Source: an uncultured Erythrobacter sp. (lineage in GTDB: Bacteria > Pseudomonadota > Alphaproteobacteria > Sphingomonadales > Sphingomonadaceae). From it: DNA of 64,000 nt. Under the pieces are notes generated by a model. The model saw nothing but the letters and a program-made list of their open reading frames with translations, had not been told where the DNA came from and searched no databases. Below are positions 46,766 through 57,591 of the stretch, in pieces; the stretch's first letter is position 1, and every line of letters starts with the position of its first letter. The DNA is taken from NCBI GenBank assembly GCA_937899785.1, contig CALCCG010000004.1, forward strand, positions 4,231 to 68,230, written 5' to 3'. The translations under genes were made by a program, and so were the position numbers.

Positions 46766-47701
46766 ATGTTTCTCGATTTTCGTAATAAAATCAGATATCA
46801 AGCGGAAGGTAGCGTCGCCAATTACGTCTCTGGCAATCCCATCGACGAGATCCTTGGTATCAATATGCGCAACGCGCTTATCGCCAAATACAACCCACGC
46901 TCCGCCATTGAGCGCGCCCGGGACAAGGTTGCAGCTAAGGTAGCGCTGGAAGACGCCGGAATTGCCTGCACAGGCACCGTTGCGGTCATCGACGACTACC
47001 AATCGCTCCTTGCCTTTGAGCCTATGCGAGACATGCCCGACGCCTGGGCAATCAAGCCCGCCAGGGGTTCGCAAGGCGATGGGATCCTCCTTGCCGTCCG
47101 ACGTGAGAGCGACACATGGTTTAAGGGGTCGGGAGCACCGATCACCGAAAACGACGTCATGCATCACATTCAGAAGGTGGTGGACGGCGGATTTTCAGGA
47201 GACTCCGCAAGCGAGGACGCCGCGTTGATTGAGCCGCTGATTATCGCCGATCCAGCTCTTGCTGACCTCGTACCCGAAGGCTTGCCAGATTTACGTGTTA
47301 TCTGCCTTCACGACGAGCCCCTGATGGCGATGGTACGCCTTCCCACGAACGAATCCGATGGGAAAGCCAACCTCCACCAGCGCGCGATCGGTGCAGGGGT
47401 GTCGCTCGAAACGGGTCGAATCACACGCGCTTTGGTTAAAGGCAAGGCGATCACCCACCACCCTGATACCGGGTTTCCGTTGATTGACTTTGAAATCCCA
47501 CACTGGGATCGAGTCCTAGAACTCGCCGGTCGGTGCGGACCCGCGATCGGGCTTGGCTATAGCGGTTCCGACATCGTCCTCGACGTCAATGAGGGGCCCC
47601 TGATCATCGAAGTGAACGCACATCCTGGCATCGAGATCCAAAACATCAATCAGCTTGGTTTGAAAGCGCAAATGGCGCTGCTGGGCGAGGATTTCCGCTA
47701 A
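46766..47701 (+). CDS. Alpha-L-glutamate ligase-like ATP-grasp protein (RimK-related, ATPgrasp_ST)
   Basis: ILGINMRN..I..YNPR, IKPARGSQGDGI, GLPDLRV, MAMVRLPT.ESDGKANLHQ, HPDTG, IEVNAHPG.EIQ. Confidence 0.9.
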   Translation: MFLDFRNKIRYQAEGSVANYVSGNPIDEILGINMRNALIAKYNPRSAIERARDKVAAKVALEDAGIACTGTVAVIDDYQSLLAFEPMRDMPDAWAIKPARGSQGDGILLAVRRESDTWFKGSGAPITENDVMHHIQKVVDGGFSGDSASEDAALIEPLIIADPALADLVPEGLPDLRVICLHDEPLMAMVRLPTNESDGKANLHQRAIGAGVSLETGRITRALVKGKAITHHPDTGFPLIDFEIPHWDRVLELAGRCGPAIGLGYSGSDIVLDVNEGPLIIEVNAHPGIEIQNINQLGLKAQMALLGEDFR

Positions 47702-48697
47702 TCAGATCTCGCCGCCAGTTAGGCGCTGGCAGACAAGATCAAGCTGATCCAACGTCTTGTAACGGATCGTGATTTGGCCAGAGCGGGGATCTGCATCGGC
47801 CTTAATCCGGACTGGCAGTCCGAGAAACTCCTCCAGATGGCCTTGCACCGCAGCGATATCCGCGTTCTCCGCTCTCAAAGACTCCGCTGGCTTGACGCTT
47901 AAGTCATCTCCAAGAACACCCTTGGCAAGCTTACGAACCAATGCCTCGATGTCGCGCACGGAGAGGTTGTCGTTGACCGCGCGCTGAGCAAGGGAAGTGG
48001 GATCCTCTTGACCAATCAGAGCGCGCGCATGGCCCATGGTGAGCCTTCCCGATTCAACCAGGTCCAGACCCGCTTTTGGCAAGACCAGCAACCGCTGAAG
48101 GTTCGCGACGTGGCTGCGCGATTTTTCAACCATGCGAGCAATTTCAGCCTGAGTCATCTCCTCTTCGTCAGCAAGTCGCTGATAGGCGCGCGCCTCTTCG
48201 ATCGGGTTGAGGTCTTCGCGCTGCAAATTCTCGATTAAGGCCAACGCCATGACCTCGCGCTCGCTCAGGTCCCGCACAAGCGCTGGAATTACATGCAATT
48301 GCGCCTTTTGCGCCGCTCGCCACCGACGCTCACCGGCGACAAGCTGATATTTGCCGCCACCGCGTGGCCGCACAATGATGGGTTGGATAACTCCGCGCGT
48401 CGCGATGGAGGCCGCGAGTTCATCGAGCGCGTCTTCATCGAAACGCTTGCGCGGGTTTCCCGCGAGCGGCTCGATCGCCGAGACACTCAGATTCTTGAGG
48501 GGAGAAGCGCTCGCAGACCCGTCGACACCCGAAGACACCTCGCCAGCGCTAGAGCCCCCATTCTGGACAAGCGGCTCTTCGCGCTGAGCTTCGCCCATGA
48601 GTGCGCCAAGGCCTTTGCCCAGTTTCTTTTTGCCCTTTCGGTCCGCTGCACTGCGTTGAGGGACCGAAAAACGGATCGGCTCGCTGTTCTTGCTCAC
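47702..48697 (-). CDS. parB: Chromosome partitioning protein ParB
   Basis: LGKGLGAL, GVIQPIIVR, AGERRWRA, IENLQREDLNPIEEA, HTH KSRSHVAN. Confidence 0.96.
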   Translation of the reverse strand: MSKNSEPIRFSVPQRSAADRKGKKKLGKGLGALMGEAQREEPLVQNGGSSAGEVSSGVDGSASASPLKNLSVSAIEPLAGNPRKRFDEDALDELAASIATRGVIQPIIVRPRGGGKYQLVAGERRWRAAQKAQLHVIPALVRDLSEREVMALALIENLQREDLNPIEEARAYQRLADEEEMTQAEIARMVEKSRSHVANLQRLLVLPKAGLDLVESGRLTMGHARALIGQEDPTSLAQRAVNDNLSVRDIEALVRKLAKGVLGDDLSVKPAESLRAENADIAAVQGHLEEFLGLPVRIKADADPRSGQITIRYKTLDQLDLVCQRLTGGEI

Positions 48698-49470
48698 GCC
48701 GCTTGCCTTTCGGGCGGAAGGCGTCCGATAAGCTCACTCACAAGAGACATATAGGCCCGGCTTCCGGTGCAATATTGGTCATACACAAGCGCGGGCATGC
48801 CGTGACTGGGCGCTTCCGAAAGGCGAACATTGCGCGGGATGACGGTATCAAACACCACGTTCCCCAAACAATCGCGCACATCATCAGCAACCTGATCACT
48901 CAAACGGTTGCGCCGATCAAACATCGTGAGAGCAACCCCGAGAATTCCAAGACTGGGATTAAAGCGCTGCTTCACTTGCTCAACGGTCTGCAAAAGCTGG
49001 CTCAACCCCTCCAGAGCAAAAAACTCACACTGCAATGGGACCAGCAGGGAATCCGCCGCGCACAAGGCGTTGAGCGTAAGCAAGCCAAGCGAAGGCGGGC
49101 AATCTATAAAGCAGATATCATGGCCACTATGGTGGGCCAGCGCGTTACGAAGACGCGCCGCGCGCTCATCGGCGGACACCAGCTCAACCTCCGCACCGCT
49201 AAGATCAACAGTCGCGGGGACGATATCGAGATCTCGGATCTCGGTTTTGGCAGTCACATCGTTCAAAGGGGTGCCGTCGACCAGCAAATCATAGCTCGAA
49301 AGGTCACGCGATGCGGCATCAACACCCAGACCCGTAGAGGCGTTGCCCTGTGGATCCAAGTCGATCAGCAGGGTTCGCCATCCGGTGGCCGCCATCGCGG
49401 TGGCAACGTTGATAGCGGTTGTGGTCTTCCCCACCCCACCCTTTTGATTGGCAATGGCAATAGTTAGCAT
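48694..49470 (-). CDS. parA: Chromosome partitioning ATPase ParA
   Basis: NQKGGVGKTTT, DLDPQGNASTGLG, IDCPPSLG, IPRNVRLSEAPSHG. Confidence 0.96.
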   Translation of the reverse strand: MLTIAIANQKGGVGKTTTAINVATAMAATGWRTLLIDLDPQGNASTGLGVDAASRDLSSYDLLVDGTPLNDVTAKTEIRDLDIVPATVDLSGAEVELVSADERAARLRNALAHHSGHDICFIDCPPSLGLLTLNALCAADSLLVPLQCEFFALEGLSQLLQTVEQVKQRFNPSLGILGVALTMFDRRNRLSDQVADDVRDCLGNVVFDTVIPRNVRLSEAPSHGMPALVYDQYCTGSRAYMSLVSELIGRLPPERQAA

Positions 49471-49537
49471 AGGTGTCCCTACCCTCTCAGGCCCTTTCCG
49501 CGCGTGGAAACAAGGATCCCAGCGCACACTGCAGCAC

Positions 49538-50194
49538 TCACTGGCTCACGATGATACCTGCGTCGCGATCGGTCAATGAGTGTTCCACGTGAAACATCTT
49601 CCGAATCGATGGCTTTTGTTGAGTCAATTCGTGCGCTGCAGAGCGCCCTTTGGGCAAGACGTAGCGTGTCGCCTTTGTGGAGAAGGGTGCGGATAAGCTC
49701 AGGAGCTTGTCGAGAGGCGCAAAGGCGCGGGCCGAAATGACACGGGCAGGAAAGGGTTTGATGACCTCCAGACGCTCACCAAGCACGCGGCACTTGGTGA
49801 GACCCATGGCCTGAGCGCAGTTTTGAAGGAATTCGACGCGCCGCGCGCGCGATTCCACCAGCACAACAGGCAGGTTTGGGTGTAGAGCCGCGATCACAAG
49901 ACCTGGAAAACCAGCGCCCGTCCCCAGATCGAGCCAAGGCTCCTCGACTGGTTTTGTCAGTGTTTCACGTGGAACATGTTCAAGAAGCTGCGCGCTATCG
50001 GCAAAGTGGCGGGACCACAACTGCCGTTCAGATGGCTTGCTTATGAGGTTTTGCCGCTGGTTTTCCTCCAAAAGGAGGGCCGCAAACACCTCAAGGCGCT
50101 CCATGCCTACGCCATCGGCCCATCGCGCAACATAAGCGCGGGCCATCTCTTCGCTGTCCAGTAGGTCGGTCGAAATCCAGCGACTGCCCGTCAT
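49538..50194 (-). CDS. rsmG: 16S rRNA m7G527 methyltransferase
   Basis: [33 protein letters not shown]. Confidence 0.94.
   Translation of the reverse strand: MTGSRWISTDLLDSEEMARAYVARWADGVGMERLEVFAALLLEENQRQNLISKPSERQLWSRHFADSAQLLEHVPRETLTKPVEEPWLDLGTGAGFPGLVIAALHPNLPVVLVESRARRVEFLQNCAQAMGLTKCRVLGERLEVIKPFPARVISARAFAPLDKLLSLSAPFSTKATRYVLPKGRSAAHELTQQKPSIRKMFHVEHSLTDRDAGIIVSQ
49581..49596. other. parS site inside rsmG
   Basis: TGTTCCACGTGAAACA, 15/16 to TGTTTCACGTGAAACA. Confidence 0.9.
49961..49976. other. parS site inside rsmG
   Basis: TGTTTCACGTGGAACA. Confidence 0.9.
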
Positions 50195-52068
50195 GCTGCG
50201 CTTTGCGGGGAGGCTCTATCCGCTCGCTCAAGTCGCCGCGCGTGAACCAACAAGGCGGCAAGCCCCGCCGGAGTGACGCCTGCAACACGCCCCGCCGCAG
50301 CCAAAGTGCTGGGGGCCGCCGCCGTCAAACGTTCAACCATCTCATTCGAAAGGCCAGGAACACTGGAGTACGGAAAATCGGGCGCAAGCCCCAACGCCTC
50401 GCTTGCACGCAGATCCTGCAATTCGGCATCCTGGCGAGCCAGATAAGGAGCGTAAGCGGCGTCTTCGGCCATTTCTTCAGCCAAAGAAGGGTCGTCCGTC
50501 AATTCATCGCCCAACCAGGGTGAGAGGGATTTCAAGGCTACACCGTCGTGACGAAGCCAGCCTTCAACACTCTTGACGCCGGCGTCGCGGCGCACTTTGA
50601 GGCCCGCATCCGCGAGATCCATTGCGGGCAATTCGCTTTGGAAAACCTCGGCAAAGCGCGCCCTGCGCCGCTCGCGGCGCTCATACCCATGGCGTCGCAC
50701 CACTCCCCCACAGACCGCCACGCTGCCCAGTCCGGGCACACGCGATGAAACGTTGTTTGCGCGCAGCCTCAGGCGGTATTCCGCGCGCGATGTGAGCATG
50801 CGATAGGGCTCGGACACGCCCTGCAACGTAAGATCGTCGACCATGACGGCGATGTAAGAATTCGCGCGGTCCAGCTTGGGGGGCGCCCCACCAAGCGCAG
50901 CGGCAGCGGCAGCCAAGCCCGCCACAAGCCCCTGGGCGGCCGCCTCCTCATAGCCAGTGGTTCCATTGATCTGCCCAGCGCAATAGAGGCCAGGGATGGC
51001 GCGCAACTGCAAATCAGCGGTCAGAGCACGCGGATCAATGTGGTCATACTCAACGGCGTATCCCGGCTCGACAATCTCCACTGACGCGAGGCCAGGCATT
51101 GAGCGGACCATATCGCGCTGCACATCCACGGGAAGCGATGTGCTGATCCCGTTGGGGTAGACCAGGTGTGTGTCGAGCCCTTCGGGCTCAAGGAAGACCT
51201 GATGCCCGTTGCGGTCGCCAAAGCGATGGATCTTGTCTTCGATCGAGGGACAATAGCGGGGCCCGGCTGCGTCGATCGCGCCAGAGAACAAAGGTGAGCG
51301 ATGCAGATTTTCGCGGACAATGTCATGGGACGCGAGCGTTGTGCGTGTAATGGCGCAAAACACCTGCGGATTCACCCGACCTGAGGATAGCGGTGACATT
51401 GTCCAGGATTCGCCATCCGAGGGCTGCTCTGGCAGCGCAGCCCAATCGATGGTGCGGCCATCCAAACGTGGCGGCGTGCCGGTCTTCAGGCGAGCCATCG
51501 GCAGTCGCGCATCCCGAAGCTGGTGCGCCATGCGCGTTGCGGCGCTCTCGCCGACCCGCCCGCCCTCAAAGCGCTCCTCACCGCGGAACAGAACGCCGCC
51601 CAAAAATGTGCCAGTGCACAAAATGACACGCGGCGCGCGCAGGCGTGTGCCATCGCCCAGCTCAAGCCCGGCGGCGCGATCCGCCTCAAGGATCAGACCG
51701 GCGGCTTCACCACCTATGAGAGTGAGATTGTCCTGCGCCCGCACCATACGCTGCACGTGCGCCTTAAAGCGATGGCGATCCGCCTGCACCCTCGGGCCCC
51801 AGACCGCGCTTCCTTTGGACCGATTGAGCATCCGATAATGGATCGCCCCCGCGTCTGCCGCTCGCCCGAGAATTCCGTCAAGCGCGTCAACCTCTCGCAC
51901 AAGATGGCCCTTGCCCAAACCTCCGATCGCAGGGTTGCAACTCATGGCGCCGATGGCATCCAAATCAAAGCTGACCAGCGCCGTGCGTGCGCCCATACGC
52001 GCCGCGCCGCACGCCGCTTCCACACCCGCGTGCCCGCCGCCAACCACCAGAACGTCAAACTCTTGCAT
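50191..52068 (-). CDS. mnmG: tRNA U34 modification FAD enzyme MnmG (GidA)
   Basis: [59 protein letters not shown]. Confidence 0.96.
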   Translation of the reverse strand: MQEFDVLVVGGGHAGVEAACGAARMGARTALVSFDLDAIGAMSCNPAIGGLGKGHLVREVDALDGILGRAADAGAIHYRMLNRSKGSAVWGPRVQADRHRFKAHVQRMVRAQDNLTLIGGEAAGLILEADRAAGLELGDGTRLRAPRVILCTGTFLGGVLFRGEERFEGGRVGESAATRMAHQLRDARLPMARLKTGTPPRLDGRTIDWAALPEQPSDGESWTMSPLSSGRVNPQVFCAITRTTLASHDIVRENLHRSPLFSGAIDAAGPRYCPSIEDKIHRFGDRNGHQVFLEPEGLDTHLVYPNGISTSLPVDVQRDMVRSMPGLASVEIVEPGYAVEYDHIDPRALTADLQLRAIPGLYCAGQINGTTGYEEAAAQGLVAGLAAAAAALGGAPPKLDRANSYIAVMVDDLTLQGVSEPYRMLTSRAEYRLRLRANNVSSRVPGLGSVAVCGGVVRRHGYERRERRRARFAEVFQSELPAMDLADAGLKVRRDAGVKSVEGWLRHDGVALKSLSPWLGDELTDDPSLAEEMAEDAAYAPYLARQDAELQDLRASEALGLAPDFPYSSVPGLSNEMVERLTAAAPSTLAAAGRVAGVTPAGLAALLVHARRLERADRASPQSAA

Positions 52069-52107
52069 GGGCGCCCCGATAGAGGCTCCAAGCGAGGCCG
52101 TCAAAGA

Positions 52108-52123
52108 TGTTTCACGTGGAACA
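52108..52123. other. parS site between mnmE and mnmG
   Basis: TGTTTCACGTGGAACA. Confidence 0.9.
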
Positions 52124-52142
52124 CACCCGGTGTTTGGGGCGC

Positions 52143-53426
52143 CTATTTGCCGATGCAGAAGCGGCCAAAAAGCGTGTCCAACATATCCTCGGTCGTCGCC
52201 CTTCCGATCAAGCGATCAAACGCTCCGCGCGCTGTGCGCAACTCCTCGCCAATCAAGAGCAAGTCACTTAGCCGCTCGGCGCGCGCAAGCGATCCGCTCG
52301 CCTCACCCAAAATCTGGTGCTGACGTTCATTCAAGGCCGCCTCCCCGGGCCGCGGCAGATTGGAACGAGCGGCGATGACAAGCGCTTCTTTAAGCTCGGA
52401 CACGCCCTCTCCGGTAAGCGCTGATAAGGTAAAATCCGCGGCGGCCTTTGCCTGAAAGCCTTTTGCGTCGCAGCGCGGAGAAAGCTCCCAGCTGCGCTCA
52501 GGTCCTTCGCCTTCCCCGCCAAGCCACAAAACAACGTCCGCCCGATCCATGGCGCCGCGCGCGCGCTCTATCCCAATGCGTTCGATCGGGTCTTGGGTTG
52601 CGTCATGCAAGCCGGCGGTATCGACAAAGCTAAAGGGCACCCCCTTGATCGATACACTGCGCTCAAGAGCGTCACGGGTGGTGCCAGCTATCGGAGATGT
52701 GATCGCTGCCTCGCTCTCCACGAGCGCGTTGAACAAGGTCGACTTCCCCGTGTTTGGGGGACCGGCCAGGGTCACGCAAAACCCCTCACCAAGCTTGTCG
52801 GAACGCGGGCGGGCAAGCCATGAGTCGAGTGCTTCACGCAATTGACCGATGTTTGCCACAAAGCCTTCGGGCAACTCGTCCACGTCACCTTCGTCAGAGA
52901 AATCAAGCGCGGCTTCGACTTGAGCGCTTAAGCGAAGAACAGCGCCCCTCCATTCTGTCACCTGCGCAGAAAGAGCGCCCTGAGCGTTGGCGAGAGCGCT
53001 GGCTCGTTGCAGTTCCGTTTCGGCGGCCAACAGATCGGCGAGACCCTCGGCCTCGGCCAGATCGATCCGCCCGTTCGCAAAGGCGCGACGTGTAAACTCA
53101 CCGGCATCCGCTGCGCGCAAGCCTGGCATTGCGAGTAAGGCGCGTTGAACCGCATCAACCACCGCACGACCACCATGACAATGCAGTTCGCCAAGATCTT
53201 CACCGGTTGCGGAGCGTGGGCCAGGGAACCAAAGGACAAGCGCGTCATCGAGGGCATGGCCTGCCGCGTCGCGCAATCGGCACAATGTGGCTTTCCGTGG
53301 GGACGGAACGCGGCCAACCAGGCTCGCGACCGCCTCACGTGCCTTCGGGCCGCTGACCCTGATCACTCCAATCGCAGCCGGGGCGGGCCCGCTTGAAAGC
53401 GCAACAATCGTAGATTGCTCAATCAC
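52143..53426 (-). CDS. mnmE: tRNA modification GTPase MnmE
   Basis: [31 protein letters not shown]-terminal FCIGK. Confidence 0.96.
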   Translation of the reverse strand: MIEQSTIVALSSGPAPAAIGVIRVSGPKAREAVASLVGRVPSPRKATLCRLRDAAGHALDDALVLWFPGPRSATGEDLGELHCHGGRAVVDAVQRALLAMPGLRAADAGEFTRRAFANGRIDLAEAEGLADLLAAETELQRASALANAQGALSAQVTEWRGAVLRLSAQVEAALDFSDEGDVDELPEGFVANIGQLREALDSWLARPRSDKLGEGFCVTLAGPPNTGKSTLFNALVESEAAITSPIAGTTRDALERSVSIKGVPFSFVDTAGLHDATQDPIERIGIERARGAMDRADVVLWLGGEGEGPERSWELSPRCDAKGFQAKAAADFTLSALTGEGVSELKEALVIAARSNLPRPGEAALNERQHQILGEASGSLARAERLSDLLLIGEELRTARGAFDRLIGRATTEDMLDTLFGRFCIGK

Positions 53427-53468
53427 GGCCGAGCTCGTCTGTGAATGTCGTAAGAGCCGCTGAGTAGG

Positions 53469-53741
53469 TCAGTCGTCACTTTCCGGTCTTGGGCTGGACG
53501 AGCGCGATGCGCCCGACGCCTGCATCCCTCCCTCAACAAAGCTCTGGAACAGTTTGAGCCCCATTTGGCCCATGGGCGCCAGGCTCTCAGCGTACTCGCG
53601 CAACTGATCGGGTTTGGTTGCCCCCTTCATCGCCTGCGAGATTGACTCGATATAGAGTGAGTTCGCCTGGCTTACATCGGGAAGTCCCATAAAGCTCCGT
53701 GCCTCATCAGGGGTGCAATCGACTTCGATGGTGATCTTCAT
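53469..53741 (-). CDS. DUF6489 family small protein
   Basis: MKITIEVDCTPDEARSFMGLPDV. Confidence 0.8.
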   Translation of the reverse strand: MKITIEVDCTPDEARSFMGLPDVSQANSLYIESISQAMKGATKPDQLREYAESLAPMGQMGLKLFQSFVEGGMQASGASRSSSPRPESDD

Positions 53742-53856
53742 TCTGCGCATCCTCCCTTAAGGCCAGCTGTAAACGGATACTTGGGAGTCCCCCACATAAT
53801 ACGCAAGGAGCGGATAGTTGGGAGTCGATCGTAAGCCTGACGAACGCCCCGAACGG

Positions 53857-54249
53857 CTAGTTCAAGACCACGAAGTTGGTGATGATTTTGCGTGTTTGGG
53901 CATCCAATCTGGTGGGAAGGTCGGCTTCTAGCATAGTTCGGCGCTTCTCTATGCTTTCGGCGATCCGAACCCGCTTCATTGCCCAATCCGGACACGATCT
54001 TTCACCAACCAACTTTCGATCGATCATCGATATCCCTGTGTGACGAGGATCATGACTGATCCGCAACATCAGGGATACAAGCTCAGACTCCTCACCTTCC
54101 AGCAGCTGTAGAAAGTTTCGTCCATTGTAGAGCAACAGTCCGGTGACCCCGCGCGCAGGGTTGTTGCGCTCGCTGGTGGTGAGGATAGATTCCACGTCTT
54201 CGCGCGACAGGCTTGGCGCTGTGCTGATGTAAAGATACTGGCTGATCAC
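53857..54249 (-). CDS. Stand-alone BLUF blue-light photoreceptor
   Basis: YIS, IL..S.RNN, VTGLLLY, FLQLLEG, DPRH, WAM: the conserved Tyr/Gln/Trp/Met are present. Confidence 0.92.
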   Translation of the reverse strand: MISQYLYISTAPSLSREDVESILTTSERNNPARGVTGLLLYNGRNFLQLLEGEESELVSLMLRISHDPRHTGISMIDRKLVGERSCPDWAMKRVRIAESIEKRRTMLEADLPTRLDAQTRKIITNFVVLN

Positions 54250-54281
54250 GGATGTAAGGGCCCTCCCCTCAACGCCCTGGC

Positions 54282-55547
54282 TTACTGGTTCATCGTATCG
54301 AAGAAGTCTTCGTTGGTTTTGGAATCCTTCATTTTATCAAGAAGGAACTCCATAGCGTCTACGGTTCCCATCTGCATAAGGATGCGACGAAGCACCCACA
54401 TCTTGGACAGTTTATCCTTCTCCACCAGCAGCTCTTCCTTCCGGGTGCCGGATTTGCCCACATCCAGCGCCGGGAAGATGCGTTTGTCAGACACCTTGCG
54501 ATCAAGAACGATTTCCGAGTTGCCCGTACCTTTGAACTCTTCGAAGATAACCTCATCCATTCGACTGCCAGTGTCGATCAACGCTGTGGCGATGATGGAA
54601 AGGGAGCCGCCCTCCTCGATGTTGCGCGCTGCACCAAAGAAGCGCTTGGGCCGCTGAAGCGCGTTGGCGTCGACACCGCCCGTCAGCACCTTACCAGAGC
54701 TCGGCACCACAGTGTTGTAAGCGCGCCCAAGGCGGGTGATCGAATCAAGCAAAATCACAACGTCGTGCTTGTGCTCCACTAGGCGCTTCGCCTTTTCGAT
54801 AACCATTTCAGCAACTTGGACGTGGCGATTGGCCGGCTCGTCAAAGGTTGAAGATATGACCTCCCCTTTCACCGAACGTTGCATGTCCGTCACTTCCTCC
54901 GGACGCTCATCGACGAGCAGCACGAGAAGGAAAACCTCAGGGTGGTTGTCGGTGATAGCCTTCGCGATGTTCTGCAACAGCACCGTTTTACCTGTCCGCG
55001 GAGGGGCAACGATCAAAGCACGCTGACCCTTACCCTGCGGCGAAATGATATCGATCACTCGGGCTGATTTGTCCTTCACAGTCGGATCAAGTGTATCGAG
55101 AGAGAGCTTTTGATCGGGGTAGAGCGGGGTCAGATTGTCAAAGTTGGTGCGCAAACGAACCGCATCAGGATCCTCAAAGTTGACCGTGCTAAGGCTCGTT
55201 AGGGCAAAGTAGCGCTCACCGTCCCTGGGCGCGCGAATCTCGCCCTCAACCGCGTCCCCAGTGCGAAGACCCCACTTGCGAATCTGATTGGGCGAAACGT
55301 AGATATCATCGGGCCCAGCCAGATAATTCGCCTCAGGGCTTCGAAGAAAACCAAAGCCATCCTGCAGCACCTCAATGGTGCCGATGCCCATGATCTTTTC
55401 TTCGTAGTCCTCATCCTCGGCAAGCTCGCGAAGAATGCTGAAAAGCAAATCTTGACGGCGCATGGTCGAGGCTCCCTCGACGCCAAGCTCTTCCGCCATC
55501 TTGACAAGATCAGCCGGTGTTTTCTGTTTTAAGTCTTTGAGATGCAT
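54282..55547 (-). CDS. rho: Transcription termination factor Rho
   Basis: [39 protein letters not shown]. Confidence 0.98.
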   Translation of the reverse strand: MHLKDLKQKTPADLVKMAEELGVEGASTMRRQDLLFSILRELAEDEDYEEKIMGIGTIEVLQDGFGFLRSPEANYLAGPDDIYVSPNQIRKWGLRTGDAVEGEIRAPRDGERYFALTSLSTVNFEDPDAVRLRTNFDNLTPLYPDQKLSLDTLDPTVKDKSARVIDIISPQGKGQRALIVAPPRTGKTVLLQNIAKAITDNHPEVFLLVLLVDERPEEVTDMQRSVKGEVISSTFDEPANRHVQVAEMVIEKAKRLVEHKHDVVILLDSITRLGRAYNTVVPSSGKVLTGGVDANALQRPKRFFGAARNIEEGGSLSIIATALIDTGSRMDEVIFEEFKGTGNSEIVLDRKVSDKRIFPALDVGKSGTRKEELLVEKDKLSKMWVLRRILMQMGTVDAMEFLLDKMKDSKTNEDFFDTMNQ

Positions 55548-55770
55548 GGAAAATCATAGTCCAAATAGAAAGCGCTCTTCCACAGAGGCGCCAAAGGAGA
55601 GCCGGCAGTCAGTACCTCTTTGGACGAGGCGCCTTGCCGCTAAGAAGCGATCAAGACTGGGCTTGGAGAAAGCAGACGGGCTGCGCGCGGATCGCGCAAA
55701 CCTCAACCGGAATGACCCTAAAATAAGATTCGATAACGCTCTGGTCAATCCACGATTACGACGAGTTGGA

Positions 55771-56214
55771 TCAAAACGGTTTAGTGTAAACCAGAGCAAC
55801 GATGAGAACGAGCAAAAGGCCTGGCACTTCGCCGATCATCCGAAGCGTTCTCTCGCTCAGCGGACGCTCACCTTTCGCCATTTTCTTGGTCTGAGCGACG
55901 AGCCAACCGTGATAGCCTGACAGCGCGAGCACCAGCGTCACCTTGGCGTGCAGCCAGCCCATTCCCGAAAAATAACCGCCAGGAATCGCAATCGCCAACC
56001 CGAACACCCAGACCAAGATCAAACTTGGCGTGAGAATGATTTTGCGCAACTTTCCCATGCGATCCGCCCATTTGGCCTCGCCAGCCGAGCCGGGGGCGTG
56101 ATCGAGCATATAAATGCATTGGCGTGGCAGCATGAAGAGGCCCGCCAGCCAAAACACGACGAACACGACATGGCCAACACGAAGCCAATCGCTGATTGAA
56201 AGAAGCGTTTCCAT
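55771..56214 (-). CDS. hemJ: Protoporphyrinogen IX oxidase HemJ
   Basis: H..FVVFWLAGLFMLPR, WLHAK, YHG, R...EVP..L, KPF; directly downstream of hemE. Confidence 0.85.
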   Translation of the reverse strand: METLLSISDWLRVGHVVFVVFWLAGLFMLPRQCIYMLDHAPGSAGEAKWADRMGKLRKIILTPSLILVWVFGLAIAIPGGYFSGMGWLHAKVTLVLALSGYHGWLVAQTKKMAKGERPLSERTLRMIGEVPGLLLVLIVALVYTKPF

Positions 56215-56243
56215 GATGGCGTGCCCTTCGCGTTGCGCTGCGA

Positions 56244-57260
56244 TCAACCCCGCACAGCCGCAAGCAATTCCTCGACATGCGCGATCGGCGTAAACTGGCC
56301 AATGCCATGTCCCAGATTAAACACGTGAGGGCGATCCTTGAAGGCGTTGAGAATGGCCAGACACCGCTCTGGCAGAGCCTCACCGCCGGCTTCGACAAGC
56401 AGGGGATCGAGGTTTCCCTGGATCGGCATTCCCTCTGGCAAAGAGCGGTGCGCCCAAGCCGGATCTATCGTCTCATCAAGCCCAACCGCGTCAACTCCCG
56501 TCTCGCGCGCATAGGCAGGAAGCTTGGCTCCGGCTCCTTTCGGAAAGCCAATCACCGGTGTGTCAGGGTGGGATTGTTTGATGGCGGCGGTGATCTTGGC
56601 GTTCGGGGCAATGACCCAACGTTCAAACTCGTCCGGGGCAAGACTGCCCGACCAGCTATCAAACAGTTGCACCGCCTCAGCGCCCGCGTCGATCTGACCG
56701 CGCAAATAGGCAACGGAAACCTCCGTGATCGCATCGCAGATTGTCTGCATCCGCGCCGGATCACGATACGCCAACAAACGCGCAGCCCCCTGGTCTTTCG
56801 AGCCTTCGCCGGCAATCATGTAGGTGGCAACTGTCCATGGCGAGCCAGCAAAGCCCAGCATCGTCACCTGATCCGAGATCATCGCGCGTGTTCGGCGCAC
56901 AGTCTCATAGATGGGTTCGAACCTCTCATATGCGGGCGTGAAACTGTGAAGCTCCACCTCCAGCAAGGTCGGACTCATTTTGGGACCTTCACCGGCAAGA
57001 AACTCCAACCCCTGACCCATTGCGTGAGGCACAATCAGGATGTCGGAAAAGAGGATAGCACCATCAAAGGCAAAACGCCGGAGAGGCTGCACGGTGATTT
57101 CCGCCGCCGCTTCGCTGTCATACACCAGCTCAAGGAAGCCTCCTTTCTCCGCTCGCAACTCGCGATACTCGGGAAGGTATCGCCCGGCCTGGCGCATAAG
57201 CCAGATCGGAGCGTTCGGTTGTTTCACACCTTTAAGGGTGTCGAGCAAAGGGCCAGGCAT
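56244..57260 (-). CDS. hemE: Uroporphyrinogen decarboxylase
   Basis: WLMRQAGRYLPEY, ILFSDIL, GFAGSPWT, QGNLDP, FNLGHG. Confidence 0.97.
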   Translation of the reverse strand: MPGPLLDTLKGVKQPNAPIWLMRQAGRYLPEYRELRAEKGGFLELVYDSEAAAEITVQPLRRFAFDGAILFSDILIVPHAMGQGLEFLAGEGPKMSPTLLEVELHSFTPAYERFEPIYETVRRTRAMISDQVTMLGFAGSPWTVATYMIAGEGSKDQGAARLLAYRDPARMQTICDAITEVSVAYLRGQIDAGAEAVQLFDSWSGSLAPDEFERWVIAPNAKITAAIKQSHPDTPVIGFPKGAGAKLPAYARETGVDAVGLDETIDPAWAHRSLPEGMPIQGNLDPLLVEAGGEALPERCLAILNAFKDRPHVFNLGHGIGQFTPIAHVEELLAAVRG

Positions 57261-57591
57261 GCGTGATCCTTAGAACAAATAAACTATATTTTTAAAGAGA
57301 TGATGGAGACAGTTGGCCCTGTGGAAATCGGGAATTTCGCGGCCTTGCCCGATTTCTCATCTTATGAACAGCCCCTGTCCACAGGGGCGAATCTGCGGCA
57401 ATCTGGAGTCAATGGCAATCTGTCCACGGTCTTATCCGACTGTGCATGGACTTGGTTCCTTGTCGAGAACCAACCCTCAAAAAACCCTCATAGTTTCGGG
57501 GATTGTTGCTCCTCAGCTTGTTGCTGACGCTATCCCGTGGTTTATGCGCTGCAATCTCCACAGGGTGAAAGCGCGAGTTTCGACGATTCCG
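57261..57591. other. Probable chromosomal replication origin (oriC)
   Basis: hemE/ppsR divergent interval (alphaproteobacterial origin position); AT-rich stretch 57273-57298; DnaA-box-like TCCAC cores at 57320-28, 57375-83, 57420-28, 57554-62; GANTC sites; nearby parS; gene orientation flips here. Confidence 0.75.

Noticed and set aside
49495-49512. Possible fourth parS (TTTCCGCGCGTGGAAACA)
   Set aside because: Spacing and left half do not fit the 16-bp palindrome
57313-57591. 93-aa N-terminal extension of PpsR
   Set aside because: Runs through the predicted oriC; family homology begins at ATG 57592
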